A stretch of DNA of 64,000 bases. Origin: Eledone cirrhosa. Lineage: Eukaryota. A program made the translations under genes and the position numbers. Every line of letters starts with the position of its first letter. Within the stretch, counting starts at the first letter, position 1. Positions 13,621-27,712 of the stretch are shown here, one piece after another. A model generated the notes under the pieces. That model was not told the origin of the DNA, did not search any database, and was given only the letters and a program-made list of their open reading frames with translations. The stretch spans positions 57,040,001 through 57,104,000 of the forward strand of contig OZ024748.1 of NCBI GenBank assembly GCA_964016885.1, in the 5' to 3' direction.

Positions 13621-13815
13621 AACGTATGACCTCTATATATTGAAGTATATGTTTATAACTATGTGAGGTATCAGTAAGGTGTATATATTTGATTAGCGAT
13701 CAGAACTGTAAGTGGTATGCAGGATCGAATTTTTCTGTATATTTACGATTATCTATGCATGAGAACCTTCATGGAAATAAACCACCCCTCACACACACAC
13801 ACACACACACACTCA

Positions 13816-13909
<94 letters not shown>

Positions 13910-13999
13910 CACACACACACACATTACCGACAAGACGTTGTTTATGTGATATTATGTGTTTCTATGTGTATCTATGCCAGAGCTTGTACGTCTGTGTGT

Positions 14000-14475
14000 G
14001 AGTGTGTGATAGCATCACTGTTTGCGTGTGTAATGATGTGAGTGTTTGTGTGTGTGTAATGATGTGAGTGTTTGTGTATGTGTAATGGCGTGAGTGATTG
14101 TGTGTGTGTGATGGTATGAGTGTTTGTGGGTGTATGATGGCGTGAGCATTTGTATGGGTGTGTGATGGCTTGAGTGTTTGTATGTGTGCATGATGGCGTG
14201 AATGACTGTGTGATGGCGTGTGTGTATATGTGTGTGTGATGGCGGGTGTGTATGCGTGTGTGTGGGATGGCCTGTGTGTATGTCTGTGAGATGGCTTAAG
14301 TGTTTATATGTGTGTGATGGAGTAAGTGATTGTGTGTGTGTGATGGTGGGTGTGTATGTGTGTGTGTGTAATGATGAGAGTGTATGTGTATGTGTGTGTG
14401 TAATGGTGAGTGTGTATGTGTAATGGTGAGAGTGTATGTGTGTGTGTGTGTGTATGTGTGTGTGAAATGGTGAGT
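14000..14475. repeat. Degenerate ~22-24 bp minisatellite (GTGTGTGATGGCGTGAGTGTTT)n
   Basis: Recurring GTRATGRYGTGAGTG motif within (GT)n. Confidence 0.75.
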
Positions 14476-14728
14476 GTGTATGTGTGTGTGTCCAGCTAAT
14501 CTACTTGACTACGTATTATTGTTTCAGGACATGTTTATAGTCCGTGATCATCTATGTTTATGGTCAAATACTAGTATAATTTCATATGCTTCGGTACACA
14601 CATACTCACACACTCACGTACACACACATACTCACACACTCACGTACACACACATACTCACACACTCACGTACACACACATACGCGCACACTCACAGAGA
14701 GAGGCGTGCATATCTATCTATCTATCCA

Positions 14729-14787
<59 letters not shown>

Positions 14788-14795
14788 CCCCCTCC

Positions 14796-15046
<251 letters not shown>

Positions 15047-15490
15047 TATATGCAACTACACACTCACACACCGGTACATATATACACTGTGAGGCGTGTA
15101 TAAAACATTTTAGCCATTTGATACGCGTACGTAAGTAAGATTTTATGTGGATGTTTGTCCCCGTACATGTCTGTGTGTCTGTTTATAGGTCTATAGGTAT
15201 ATGTGTTTATGTGTTTGCGTGTATGAATTTGTGTTAAATAATATATGTCATTACATACATACGTACATGCATACATACACACAGATACATACATATATAC
15301 ATAGATACATACATAATACACCCATATATAAAGCCATACATACAAACAAACACACACACATAGGTACATAGATACATATACAGACACATACATACGCACA
15401 TACACACATACATAAACACATACACACATACATACATAAATACATACATAGATAAAAGCATATATAAATACATAAATACTTACAAACAGT

Positions 15491-15540
<50 letters not shown>

Positions 15541-15875
15541 AATATATATATACATAAATACATGAAAGCATATATATAGATATACACACAGAGATAAATA
15601 CATACACACATATATACACACATGCATACATTCATATGTACATACATAAATAGATAAAACAAACATACATACATACGAACATAGGTATATACATACAAAT
15701 AATACGTGTGCATTAATTTTTGATCATATATCAATAATTATTTTAGTATGGATGTAGCCATGTTTGTGTTAGCGATTGCCTCTAGATCCGTTGGTCTGTT
15801 AGGTTCCAGCAATGTTTTTGTACTTGGCTCTATACAATTACAGCCATGTTTACATATCTCTTTCAGTACATTGAG

Positions 15876-15906
<31 letters not shown>

Positions 15907-15947
15907 GTTTGTATGTATGTATGTATGTATGTATGTATGTATGTATG

Positions 15948-16005
<58 letters not shown>

Positions 16006-16023
16006 TGTATATGTATATATATG

Positions 16024-16104
<81 letters not shown>

Positions 16105-16168
16105 GTTTCTATGTATGTATATATATACACACATAGATATCATCAATGTCTGATGTCTCTAGCATGAA

Positions 16169-16202
<34 letters not shown>

Positions 16203-16284
16203 TGTGTGTGTGTGTGTGTGTTTATGAATGTACAGATATATATACATATAATCAAATATGTGTGTCTGTGTATACATATATATT

Positions 16285-16349
<65 letters not shown>

Positions 16350-16423
16350 ATATAGATATAAATATATATGTTTACACAGACACACATATTATATATTTAT
16401 ATATATATATATATATACATCTT

Positions 16424-16456
<33 letters not shown>

Positions 16457-16822
16457 ATAAGTATGTATATGTGTGTGTGTGTGTGTGTGTTTGTGTGTAT
16501 GTTAGTACATTCTGTTGCATGCAAATAAGCATACTTATGTGGGTGTAAGTACATTGATGTGTGACTGCTGTAGTATAAATGGTGGCAACGGGTGTGTATT
16601 TCACCCTTTCTTCCATTGTCTGTATGTCAGTATGTCCGCGTACAGGCGTGATTTCATAGAGATTTTTGTGAATATTTATGTTCCAACGTGTCTCTATGTA
16701 TATGTGAATGTGTATACATCTATCTATATGTATATACATATATATATGTGTGTGTGAGTGTGAATATATATATATTATACATATATATATATACTATATA
16801 CTATATATATATATATATATAT

Positions 16823-16889
<67 letters not shown>

Positions 16890-17041
16890 TTTATATGTAT
16901 ATATATTTACGTGGGTGTGTGAGTGTGAGCGAATAAATGCGTGCGTATGTAAGGAAATGGGCTTACATTTTCTGTGTATGTGTCTTGCTGAGAATGTTTC
17001 TGCAAGAAAATATATATATATGTGTTTTTGAGGATGCGTTT

Positions 17042-17124
<83 letters not shown>

Positions 17125-17491
17125 TTCCTCTATATATTTTGTGCTTTTCTGTGTGTTTGTTTGTGTGTAATATAAGGGCTGGACTGAAGCCAAAGACGAT
17201 GCTAAGCACATCAGTAATACCAAAACAATGGTTCCATAGCTCTATTTATCAAACTAATCATTTACCGCTGTCCAGTTTTGTGCCAATCTAGTTTTTATTC
17301 CGGTGGCTTCAGCTTGATGCGCTGTTCTGCATCAGAGCTAGTGAATTCTACCACCGGAAATTACTCATAGCGTTCCGTAATGCAGGCAAGCCAAGAGGAT
17401 GAACGACGGAGATATAAATATAAACTTCTGGCTCCACACTAATGTGACAAACCAATTTGAAAGGTGTACTATACAACGATAGAGATCGTTG

Positions 17492-17551
<60 letters not shown>

Positions 17552-17554
17552 AAG

Positions 17555-17615
<61 letters not shown>

Positions 17616-17621
17616 CATATT

Positions 17622-17694
<73 letters not shown>

Positions 17695-17716
17695 TTATGT
17701 ATATATATATATCTAT

Positions 17717-17795
<79 letters not shown>

Positions 17796-17800
17796 TATAT

Positions 17801-17937
17801 ATAGGAAAATGTTTGACTCTGACGAAAGAGCTCAAGCCGTTTCGACGGGTATTTCTGGACTAGAAATAGCCGTCGAAACGGCTTGAGCTCTGCCGTCGGG
17901 GTCAAACATTTTTCTATTACCCACTCTACTACCCTAA
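17801..17937. mobile_element. Fold-back PLE-like element carrying the 3' half of a hammerhead-like fold
   Basis: 56-bp imperfect arms 17801-17856 / 17862-17917; GAAAC-GGC-ttgagctct-GCC-GTC at 17875-17897; short tail on the right; TA flanks. Confidence 0.65.
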
Positions 17938-17984
17938 TATATATATAACGATAAATTAACGGAGCCATAGACTCTCGCTATTCC

Positions 17985-18082
17985 CTGCCTTTCATAGGTT
18001 ATAGATTCCTTACACTGTTTGTTTTCCCTGTTTTATTGATGGCGTACTATCTCTCGCTAGTGTGTAACCTTTTCAACATATT
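17985..18082 (+). mobile_element. PLE-like 3' terminal segment (second copy inverted at 24554-24658)
   Basis: CTGCCTTTCATAGGTTATAGATTCC...CAACATATT aligns with the reverse complement of 24554-24658; both end at (TA)n. Confidence 0.7.
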
Positions 18083-18083
18083 G

Positions 18084-18127
<44 letters not shown>

Positions 18128-18139
18128 CTTGGGTTTGAA

Positions 18140-18197
18140 TCACCTGATGATGTCACCGGATTCATACTGAACCCGGTCATTGAAATGATCATAGTAA
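18140..18197 (+). ncRNA. Type-I hammerhead-like motif (family shared with 33294-33351)
   Basis: AC-CTGATGA-...ACCGG(loop)CCGGT...-GAAAT-GATC-ATA-GT; palindromic ATGATCAT stem III; AATAAA follows. Confidence 0.6.
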
Positions 18198-18258
18198 AAT
18201 AAACCTTTCAAGGATTTACACCAGAATATGCCTCCTGTTGTTTTGTAATATATATATA

Positions 18259-19395
18259 GTAATTAGAATATTTATATCTATATATGTTTGATATAAATAT
18301 GTAGGGTAGTACTAAGTACTAGCCGGTTACCGGTATGACAGAAGGCTCAATGCAAATGTTCAACTGTTTTACAGAGCCAAGATACAAATTGTTAAAACAA
18401 TCAAATTTAAGTTTAGAACATTTATTTCTGACAATGGTTTCTTCCAGGGGGAAGTCTGGAATCATCCGAGCATAAGGAATGTCGAATCATGTAACTAAAA
18501 TCCTAGTCATTTAGAACATTTAGGGTACATAATTGTTATTATTGTCAAAGGTATCATGTGGAGAGTCAGGATTTAAAAGATGTTCTGCATGAAAGAACAC
18601 AATTACAGGCAGCAGTGGTTGAAAGTGTAATAGGTATAAGTAAAAACCACAAGCAAAAAAAAACACAAGCAAAAAAATCACAAGCAAAAAAAAACACAGT
18701 CAGAAACGTTATAAGCAAGAAAAATTGGTGTACAATGCAGGAGTCAATAGGAGGAAAGAGTTATAATGCAGTTGAAATAAACATATTTTGCGTGGGGGTG
18801 TTAAAGCATGTTATAATTTTTATAAATGTTTAAGATAGTGTGCAATTTGTTAGAGAGGCATGTGGTGATAATGTAGGTATTTGTTATGTAATGTGTAATG
18901 CAAAGCACGTGACAGAGTTGGGTATGTGTTTTTCATTTAAGTGTTTTTGTGCTGTAGTTCTTATGTATGTGTATGTGTTGTTTGTTACTCACAGCTATTA
19001 AACATGGGATTATTTTGAGTCGTCTATAGTCAATAGGTGTTTGTTTGTTAAATGTAAATTCCTGCATTGTACACCAATTTTCCTTGCTTATAACTTTTCT
19101 GCCTGTGTTTCTTTTTTTTTGCTTGTGATTTTTACTTATATATATTACACTTCCAACCACTGGTGCCTGTAATTGTGTTCTTTCAAGCAGAACATCTTTT
19201 TAACTCCTGATTCTCCACATGATACCTTTGACACTAATAACAATTATGTACCCTAAATGTTCTAAATTACTAGGATTTTACTTACATGTTTCGACATGCC
19301 TTATGCTCCGATGATTCCAGACTTCCCTCTGGAAGAAACAATTATCAGCAAATAAATGTTCTAAACTAAAATTTGATCGTTTTAACACTTTGTAT
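18259..19395. mobile_element. Penelope-like element with ~350-bp inverted arms and a one-sided tail
   Basis: Diverged inverted arms 18382-18742 / 19060-19395; extra ~120-bp tail 18259-18381; (TA)n flanks; hammerhead-like motif plus AATAAA in each arm. Confidence 0.8.
19304..19350 (+). ncRNA. Minimal type-I hammerhead motif, decayed (mirror copy 18426-18472 on minus strand)
   Basis: TGCT-CCGATGA-TTCCAG(8 nt)CTGGAA-GAAAC-AATT-ATC-AGCA; mirror arm reads TGCT-CGGATGA-TTCCAG..CTGGAA-GAAAC-CATT-GTC-AGAA. Confidence 0.7.
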
Positions 19396-20177
19396 ATATA
19401 TATATATATATATACATACATTTGTGTGTCCCTGTGTATTTGTGTGTCCCTGTGTATTTGTGTGTATGTGTCTGTGCGTAATTCAAACTGTAGTAAACTG
19501 TAGTAAACTGTTTCGCCCACTCGATCATGGTCAAACCGGGGAAATCTGTCTCAGAACGATGATTCAAATACAGTATATAAATACTGCGATTTACTATCAT
19601 TATATAATATTTTGTTTGTATTTCAACTGTGAATATCTCCAGTATAATATTAATTTTTCTAACCAGTTTTCGCTCTCAAGTGCTCATCAAAAGTTTAATT
19701 TTAGAAACTTATACTTGAGCTGAGCTTGTGTATATTAAACATGTGTTACTAATTATGAGATTTTTTTAATGAAGAGTAATGCAATTTTAGATCCTGTTAA
19801 TGAAGTTTATATTTCCCAAAACGATGGTCGCAAATCTAAACAGTATTCAGAGCCGTAAGTTAGCTGAAGGACAGTGAATGTAATGCTGCCCTGGTATTTT
19901 CTTACAACATATATTTCTTTAGTGATTTGGTGCTAATCCTTTGCTGAATCACAGCATTGGTAGGATGAAGAAACATGAAAAAGTGGCAAATACCTCATCC
20001 ACAACTCTGCATATGTTGACACGGATGTGGAGTTCTTATGTAAGGATCTTTGGTTTGTTGGTTGTGTACTGTCATCAGTTATTTCGGGGCGACTCATATA
20101 TTGACCAATATAATGTTCATGGCAAACTTTACATGTTATAATATAAGAAATATTTTTTGAAAGCGGTGAGTTTGGAT

Positions 20178-20378
20178 ATTGAAATAGAAATTAGGAGGCT
20201 TCACCATAATATTTGACTAAATAAACTAATCTTAATAACGGAGCATATAAACCAACTGAACGGAGAAAGATGGGTATCAGCACATCTCTTTCTATTCAAT
20301 TAGTTTATACGACCTATTGTTAAGACTATTTTATTTAGTTAAATGTTACAGCAAAGCTTCCTAATTTTCTATTTCAAT
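20178..20378. repeat. Old degenerate fold-back (inverted repeat, ~95-bp arms)
   Basis: ATTGAAATAGAAATTAGGAGGCTT..AGATG aligns with the reverse complement of CATCT..AAGCTTCCTAATTTTCTATTTCAAT. Confidence 0.7.
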
Positions 20379-20632
20379 GTTTTAATATGTATTAAATATT
20401 TCGAGTGTTTTTAATTTTGAAGATAGGTCATTCTTTGAAGTAAATTTCGGAACTGTCCAAGGAATAGCTGCTTGCTATGCAATTTAGTTGACTGCTTTTT
20501 ATAAACTTTAAGGTATTTTGTTATGGTATAAAATTTTACGTTCGTCACTTTTTTCAGTGATTTTATTTGTCTTTTACTCTGCATGATTGGTTATTTCCCC
20601 ATGTTTTTAGTATCTTAGTAACTGAGTTCTAT

Positions 20633-20677
<45 letters not shown>

Positions 20678-20680
<3 letters not shown>

Positions 20681-20895
20681 GTAGAAAATTGGTGGGTTAT
20701 ATCCGTAGTAGTAGAGCTCTCAGTCGATGGGACGAGTTTGGTAGAAGTAGTTCCACAACAGTTAGTTCACCATTTCTGAGAACAATTGTTTCACTTTATT
20801 CGGATCATCAGCTCGGTCTAAATCCGAGCTAATGATCCGAATAAGGTGAAACAATTGTTCTCAGTATGGTGAACTAACTGTTGTGGAACTACTTC

Positions 20896-20898
<3 letters not shown>
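20678..20898. mobile_element. Fold-back PLE-like element with divergently oriented hammerhead motifs
   Basis: ~76-bp arms 20741-20816 / 20824-20898, 7-nt loop, ~60-bp tail on left; minus 20778-20814 reads GAG-CTGATGA-tccgaataaagt-GAAAC-AATT-GTT-CTC; plus 20826-20862 has CTAATGA. Confidence 0.75.
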
Positions 20899-20928
<30 letters not shown>

Positions 20929-21391
20929 TTATATATATTTATATATATAATGTTACGCATAGGCAGATCTTGCTTAATATAGCCTCGACAGAAGCGTAAT
21001 GCTTGTTTATAGCAGACATTTGACATATCCAGGACTCCTTCGTGAAATGCCAATCTATGTAATCTTACAGTCACGTAACCATCTTACTTCAGTTTATTTA
21101 ATATGTCTTATTCCATCTTATCTTATAAATATTTTCATTATCTCATCTATAGTTCTGAAGAGCTGCTCCATAACATTAATTAAGTTACTTATCTTCCTCT
21201 GCACCAGATCAATAACGATCTAATAATCAATTGATCCAGAAACATATATGGAGTAGCGAAATAATTGTAAACGGACATTATTATTCCTTACATTAAACTA
21301 CAATTACACTCTTTATTCCTTACATTAAACTGCAACTATGCTTTAACTAACGTCGTCCATGTGAATTTTGATGTCTTGCTTTGCTTAACTA

Positions 21392-21427
<36 letters not shown>

Positions 21428-21486
21428 GTAAGTATGTATGTATACGTACATACATATATGTGTACAGACGTACAGTAGCATGCATA

Positions 21487-21546
<60 letters not shown>

Positions 21547-21757
21547 TACATACAGGTACACATACATATATGTATGCATCAGTTTAGCGGACGCTTATTA
21601 TAGCGCCCGCTTTGTTCGTTTGTAAACAAACTGAACAGCCTGAATTTATGCCGCACGGTGTTAAGGCAACCACGTCACCTTTTTGTTCAACACTGACACA
21701 GGAACGATGTACTAGTTTCAAGCTTGTTAGCTATCATCAGCACCGTATACCCATCTG

Positions 21758-21776
21758 CCAAATCTACTGCATCATC

Positions 21777-21838
<62 letters not shown>

Positions 21839-21857
21839 GATGATGCAGTAGATTTGG
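21758..21857. repeat. Perfect 100-bp palindrome centred on (AT)n
   Basis: CCAAATCTACTGCATCATCGAAT-(AT)n-ATTCGATGATGCAGTAGATTTGG. Confidence 0.9.
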
Positions 21858-22938
21858 GGTTTACTTAGGACGGTACCAATATTAGCACTCGATACTATAG
21901 CAGAGTGTATAAATGGGATGAGATTTTGGTTTTCAATACTAACCACAGTAAAATGTTTTGTTCTTTATATATATATGCGTGTTTGTGTATGTGTGTGTGT
22001 AAACGTATGTGTGTGTAGTTGTGTGTGCCTCTGTTTGTGTGTGTGTGTATGCTGACAATGAATAGACAAGCACCAGATGTATTTCAACTCTGTATGCTTA
22101 TTTGTTAAGTAATGAGTCTATTCCTCGTCTAGCTTGCTATCTACTTTATCTTTTGAAAAAATGTCCGTCTGTACAAATGTTTGCAAGTATATACCGATTC
22201 ATGAATGTTTGTATATGTGAAATATTGCATGTATATATGTGTATGTATGCATGTAAGTAAAATCTGTAAAGTGTGAGTATTTGTTGATATGTGTGTGCGA
22301 GTGTGTGTGTGTGCGTTTATATCTGTGTGTGTGTTTGAATGTGTGGGTAGGTGTGTGTCTGTGTCAGTCAATGTATTTGCTTATGTTATAAAATATATTA
22401 AAAGCGCTATGCTTATGTATCCCCCCCTTCAAAATGCCTGTATCACGGACAATGAGTTATTAGAGCTATATCTTCTGTTTATTTCAATATCGATAAAACA
22501 CAGCACATAAGAATTAAATGTCAAGTCTATACTACGCATAACCGTCTTTAAATTAAATTACAATATAAATCACTGTATAAAATTCAGCTAAATTCCGCCA
22601 TCGTTTTCCGCACTGGCGGTTTTATGGGCATTTTTCTGGAATTGTTACTTATTAAGTAAATCATGTTTTCTTGCGAAACGTAAACGGCCAGAATTCAGCC
22701 ATGTTAAAATCTTCAATTTCAGTTTGTTGCGTTCTTTCTATTATTTTCTTCTTTTTGTTTTCTTTACTTTTCTATTCGTTTATCCACCCACCCCCACCCA
22801 CCCCATCTGCTTATTTGTTTCCCCTCTCTTTCTCTTTCTCTCTTTCTCTACTGCTTCTACGCATGGATATATATATATATATTAATATATATATATATAT
22901 GAATATATCTATATCTATATATATATCTATATCCATAC

Positions 22939-22986
<48 letters not shown>

Positions 22987-22996
22987 ATATCCATAC

Positions 22997-23092
<96 letters not shown>

Positions 23093-23324
23093 GAATATAT
23101 ATATATATGTATATCCATACGTATATATATATATATATGTGTGTGTATGTGTGTGGCTGTGTTGGCACTAGCTAACTCTTTATATATCATTGTGTGGCTG
23201 TTTATAAATCTACGAATTTGTCTATTTCTATATCTACCTATTAATCGTATCTATCTTATTTTATGACTAATACTCACTCTCTCAATTTACTCTTTCTGTC
23301 TATCTATGTATAATTATGCATACA

Positions 23325-23391
<67 letters not shown>

Positions 23392-23626
23392 ATGTATATA
23401 TACATACATACATAATATATATACATATGTGTATTAGCGTATGTGTGCATGTATGTATAATGTATAGGTAGGTAAATAGATAGATAAATAGGTAGATAGA
23501 TAATTAGATAAATAGAGAGATAGGGAGATAGATAAATTTCTTTATTAATTATTTATAGATAGATAGACAGATAGATAGATAGATAAACAGACATACAGAC
23601 AGATAGATAGATAAATAGATAGATAA

Positions 23627-24112
<486 letters not shown>

Positions 24113-24417
24113 AAGAGAGAGAGAGAGGGCGAGGGAGATGGAGAGATGGATGGATAGATATTTAGATAGATAGATAGACAGACAGACATATAGACAGGTA
24201 GAGGTATACATAGACAAATAGCTAGATATTATATTCACGTACATATTCATTTGTATCCCGTTTATATTATTATATAATCTTTCATCTTCATTTTCTAATT
24301 TCTTTCTCTTCTTTATATCTCTCTTTCTCTGTTAGAACTTTCTGAAATATTGGTATAAACATGATCAGATTTACATAAATCTGAACTTCTCACTCTATCG
24401 ACAAAATCTTCTCACGT

Positions 24418-24800
<383 letters not shown>

Positions 24801-25513
24801 AAGGCTATACATCTCAGACAACACTAAGAGAATTTTACAATTGACTGTCCAGCCACACGTGGGAGAGAGAAGTCACAGCGTGTTTAAGGGCAGTGAACCA
24901 GTGGCCTCTGAGAGACTGCCCTTAAACACGCTTAAATTGCCAATTCAGGCCCGAGGTCTTGGTCAATATTTCTATCTTTAAATCTAATTTGCCTTCTTCC
25001 CATGCTTGCAAATTTTTTCGTGTCGCTCCTAGAAATTGTTCAATATATTTTTATCTTATGAAATAAATAAATTATCAAATCGTCCAAACCATTACAAAAC
25101 TACAAAACTATATCTATATTTATTACTGTTGTCTGAGAAAACCTGCTTTCATGTGTTTGTCTATATATCTATCTCTCTCTCTCTATATATATATATATAT
25201 CAACACTAAAATGGCTCCACCTTTATCGGCACGTTTAATGGGAGTCTCTTTGCAACGCAATAGGGTGCAGAGAGTGGTACTTCGGCCCTAGTGAAGTTGG
25301 TACGACAAGAAGAACGCTTGCGGAAATTGAAACAGGACAAGGTGAGTTGTATATGTGCTTTTGTATATATACTTCTGCAAAGGAAGAATTAGTTTGTAAA
25401 CATATATTTGTTGTGTTTAAGTAAAACAATCCATATATTGACAAGTGGTGACATTAGACATATAGTTAGATAGATTCAAATGTTCCATTGTATGTATATA
25501 TATATATATATAT

Positions 25514-25625
<112 letters not shown>

Positions 25626-25826
25626 TGTGTGTGTGTATGTGTGTGTGTGTGTATATATATATGTATACATAAACACACACACTCACATATGTATATATAT
25701 ATATATAATCATATATATATATATGTGTGTAAAATATACACATATATATATATATATATGTGTGTGTATGTATCTATGTATGTGTATGTATGTACATATA
25801 TGTCTATGTATGTGTGTATGTATATG

Positions 25827-25867
<41 letters not shown>

Positions 25868-26065
25868 TTATTTTTTATATATATGTGTGTGTGTGTATGT
25901 GTGTGTGTGTGTGTATATATATCTTTATATATGTGTATGTGTATGTTCGTGTAGGTGTATGTGTGTGTATGACTATATATGTATGTGTGTATGTGTGTAT
26001 GTGTATATATATCTATGTGTGTGTACATGTATGTATGTGTATGTATGTGTATGTGTATATATGTG

Positions 26066-26108
<43 letters not shown>

Positions 26109-26417
26109 ATATATATATATATATATATGTATATGTTTCTCTATTTGTATATGTATATGTGTATAGGTATATACCTTTTTCTTTGTATGTCTGTGTTGTG
26201 TGAGAGTGTAGTGGTGTTTGTATGTATATACCGATATATAGATGCGTAAGTATTTGTCTGTATGTATGTATGTATGTCTGTATGTATTTGTGTGTATATA
26301 TAGGTATGTATGTGTATATCTGTATGTATATAAGTATGTAAGTGTATGTATATGTGCGTGTATGTGTGTATATATATGTGTGTCTATATAGTATGTGTGA
26401 TTATATGTGTATGTATG

Positions 26418-26484
<67 letters not shown>

Positions 26485-26630
26485 ATTTATATGTATGTGT
26501 GTATATGTATGTATGTGTGTATATGTATATGTTTATATATGTGTGTGTATGTATGTTCTAAGTGTGGATGTGTGTATATGTATGTATGTGTTTGTATATG
26601 TGTATATATATATATGTGTGTATATGTGTG

Positions 26631-26688
<58 letters not shown>

Positions 26689-27319
26689 CTTGATATATTT
26701 CTTTTTTCTTTTTTCTTTTTCTTTTCTTTCCTTTCCTTTTTAATGTTTATTTATTATTTATTATTTTTTATTTTCTTAGTTTATAGATACATCTATATTA
26801 AGCAGTCTGCCCAAACCGTTGAATACTGACCTCTCCCCCCTCCCACCTAATTTCTGTATCTTGATCTAAATGTGTGAGCCAGTGTTTATGTGAGTGAATT
26901 AATATCCATGTGCTTAGGATTTTATATCCACATATATATATGTGAGTGGGGGTGTGTGTGTGTTTGTATGTTCGTAGTTATGTGTATGTTTATGCATATA
27001 CGCGCGTGTGTGTGTGATTGTACGGATATGTGTGAGTATGAGATTATGTGTATACACTTATTTCATATTTATGTGTCTATACGCATCTTATCTGTGCATT
27101 ATAAACTTACAGAGACATTAACCTTGAAATTTTGTATTTGCATCCATCCTTTTGGTATGCGTATACAAGTTGTGCATACATTTTTGTAAAATATGTGTAA
27201 GGGTAGTTACATGTATATACACACACCGAACTGCATTAAACCTTTTGTATTTTCATTGGTCAATTTTGTTCCCAAACGGACCTGAAATTTTGAATTGTTG
27301 TTATTATCAATAAATATAT

Positions 27320-27473
27320 TTCATTATTTCTGAAGACGGCGTATATATGTGTTGGTATGTATATTTAATCTTGATAGTTTGTATAATTTTGTATAATTTT
27401 GTACATAGATCTGTTGAATATGCATGCCAATTCTAACACATATATATCCTAGAAACGATCGTTAAATAATGAA
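27320..27473 (+). ncRNA. Type-I hammerhead-like ribozyme with long stem II
   Basis: TTCATTATTT-CTGAAGA-(115-nt self-complementary insert)-GAAAC-GATC-GTT-AAATAATGAA: perfect 10-bp stem I, intact core, palindromic ACGATCGT stem III; ~200 bp downstream the element ends in (TA)n. Confidence 0.75.
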
Positions 27474-27666
27474 CTTTTTTTGTTTAATATAAGGAACTGT
27501 TTCATTGTTTATTCATTATTTGTTTAATATTTTATCTTGACTCTGTATACGGTTTATCTTTCACCGAAAGTGATTTTTCATTACATCTCTTCTTTCCATG
27601 ATATCCGGAATACATTGAGTTCTTCATACGGATTGGACACTACCGTAAACTCTTGGTAGATTTATC

Positions 27667-27712
<46 letters not shown>

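Noticed and set aside
17816-17900. Complete hammerhead using CTGACGA in the left arm
   Set aside because: That heptamer is the reverse complement of the mutated GCCGTCGG segment, and stem I is out of register.
25200-25350. Possible exon ending in AAG|GTGAGT
   Set aside because: No convincing acceptor, in-frame stop after the ATG, and no recognisable product.
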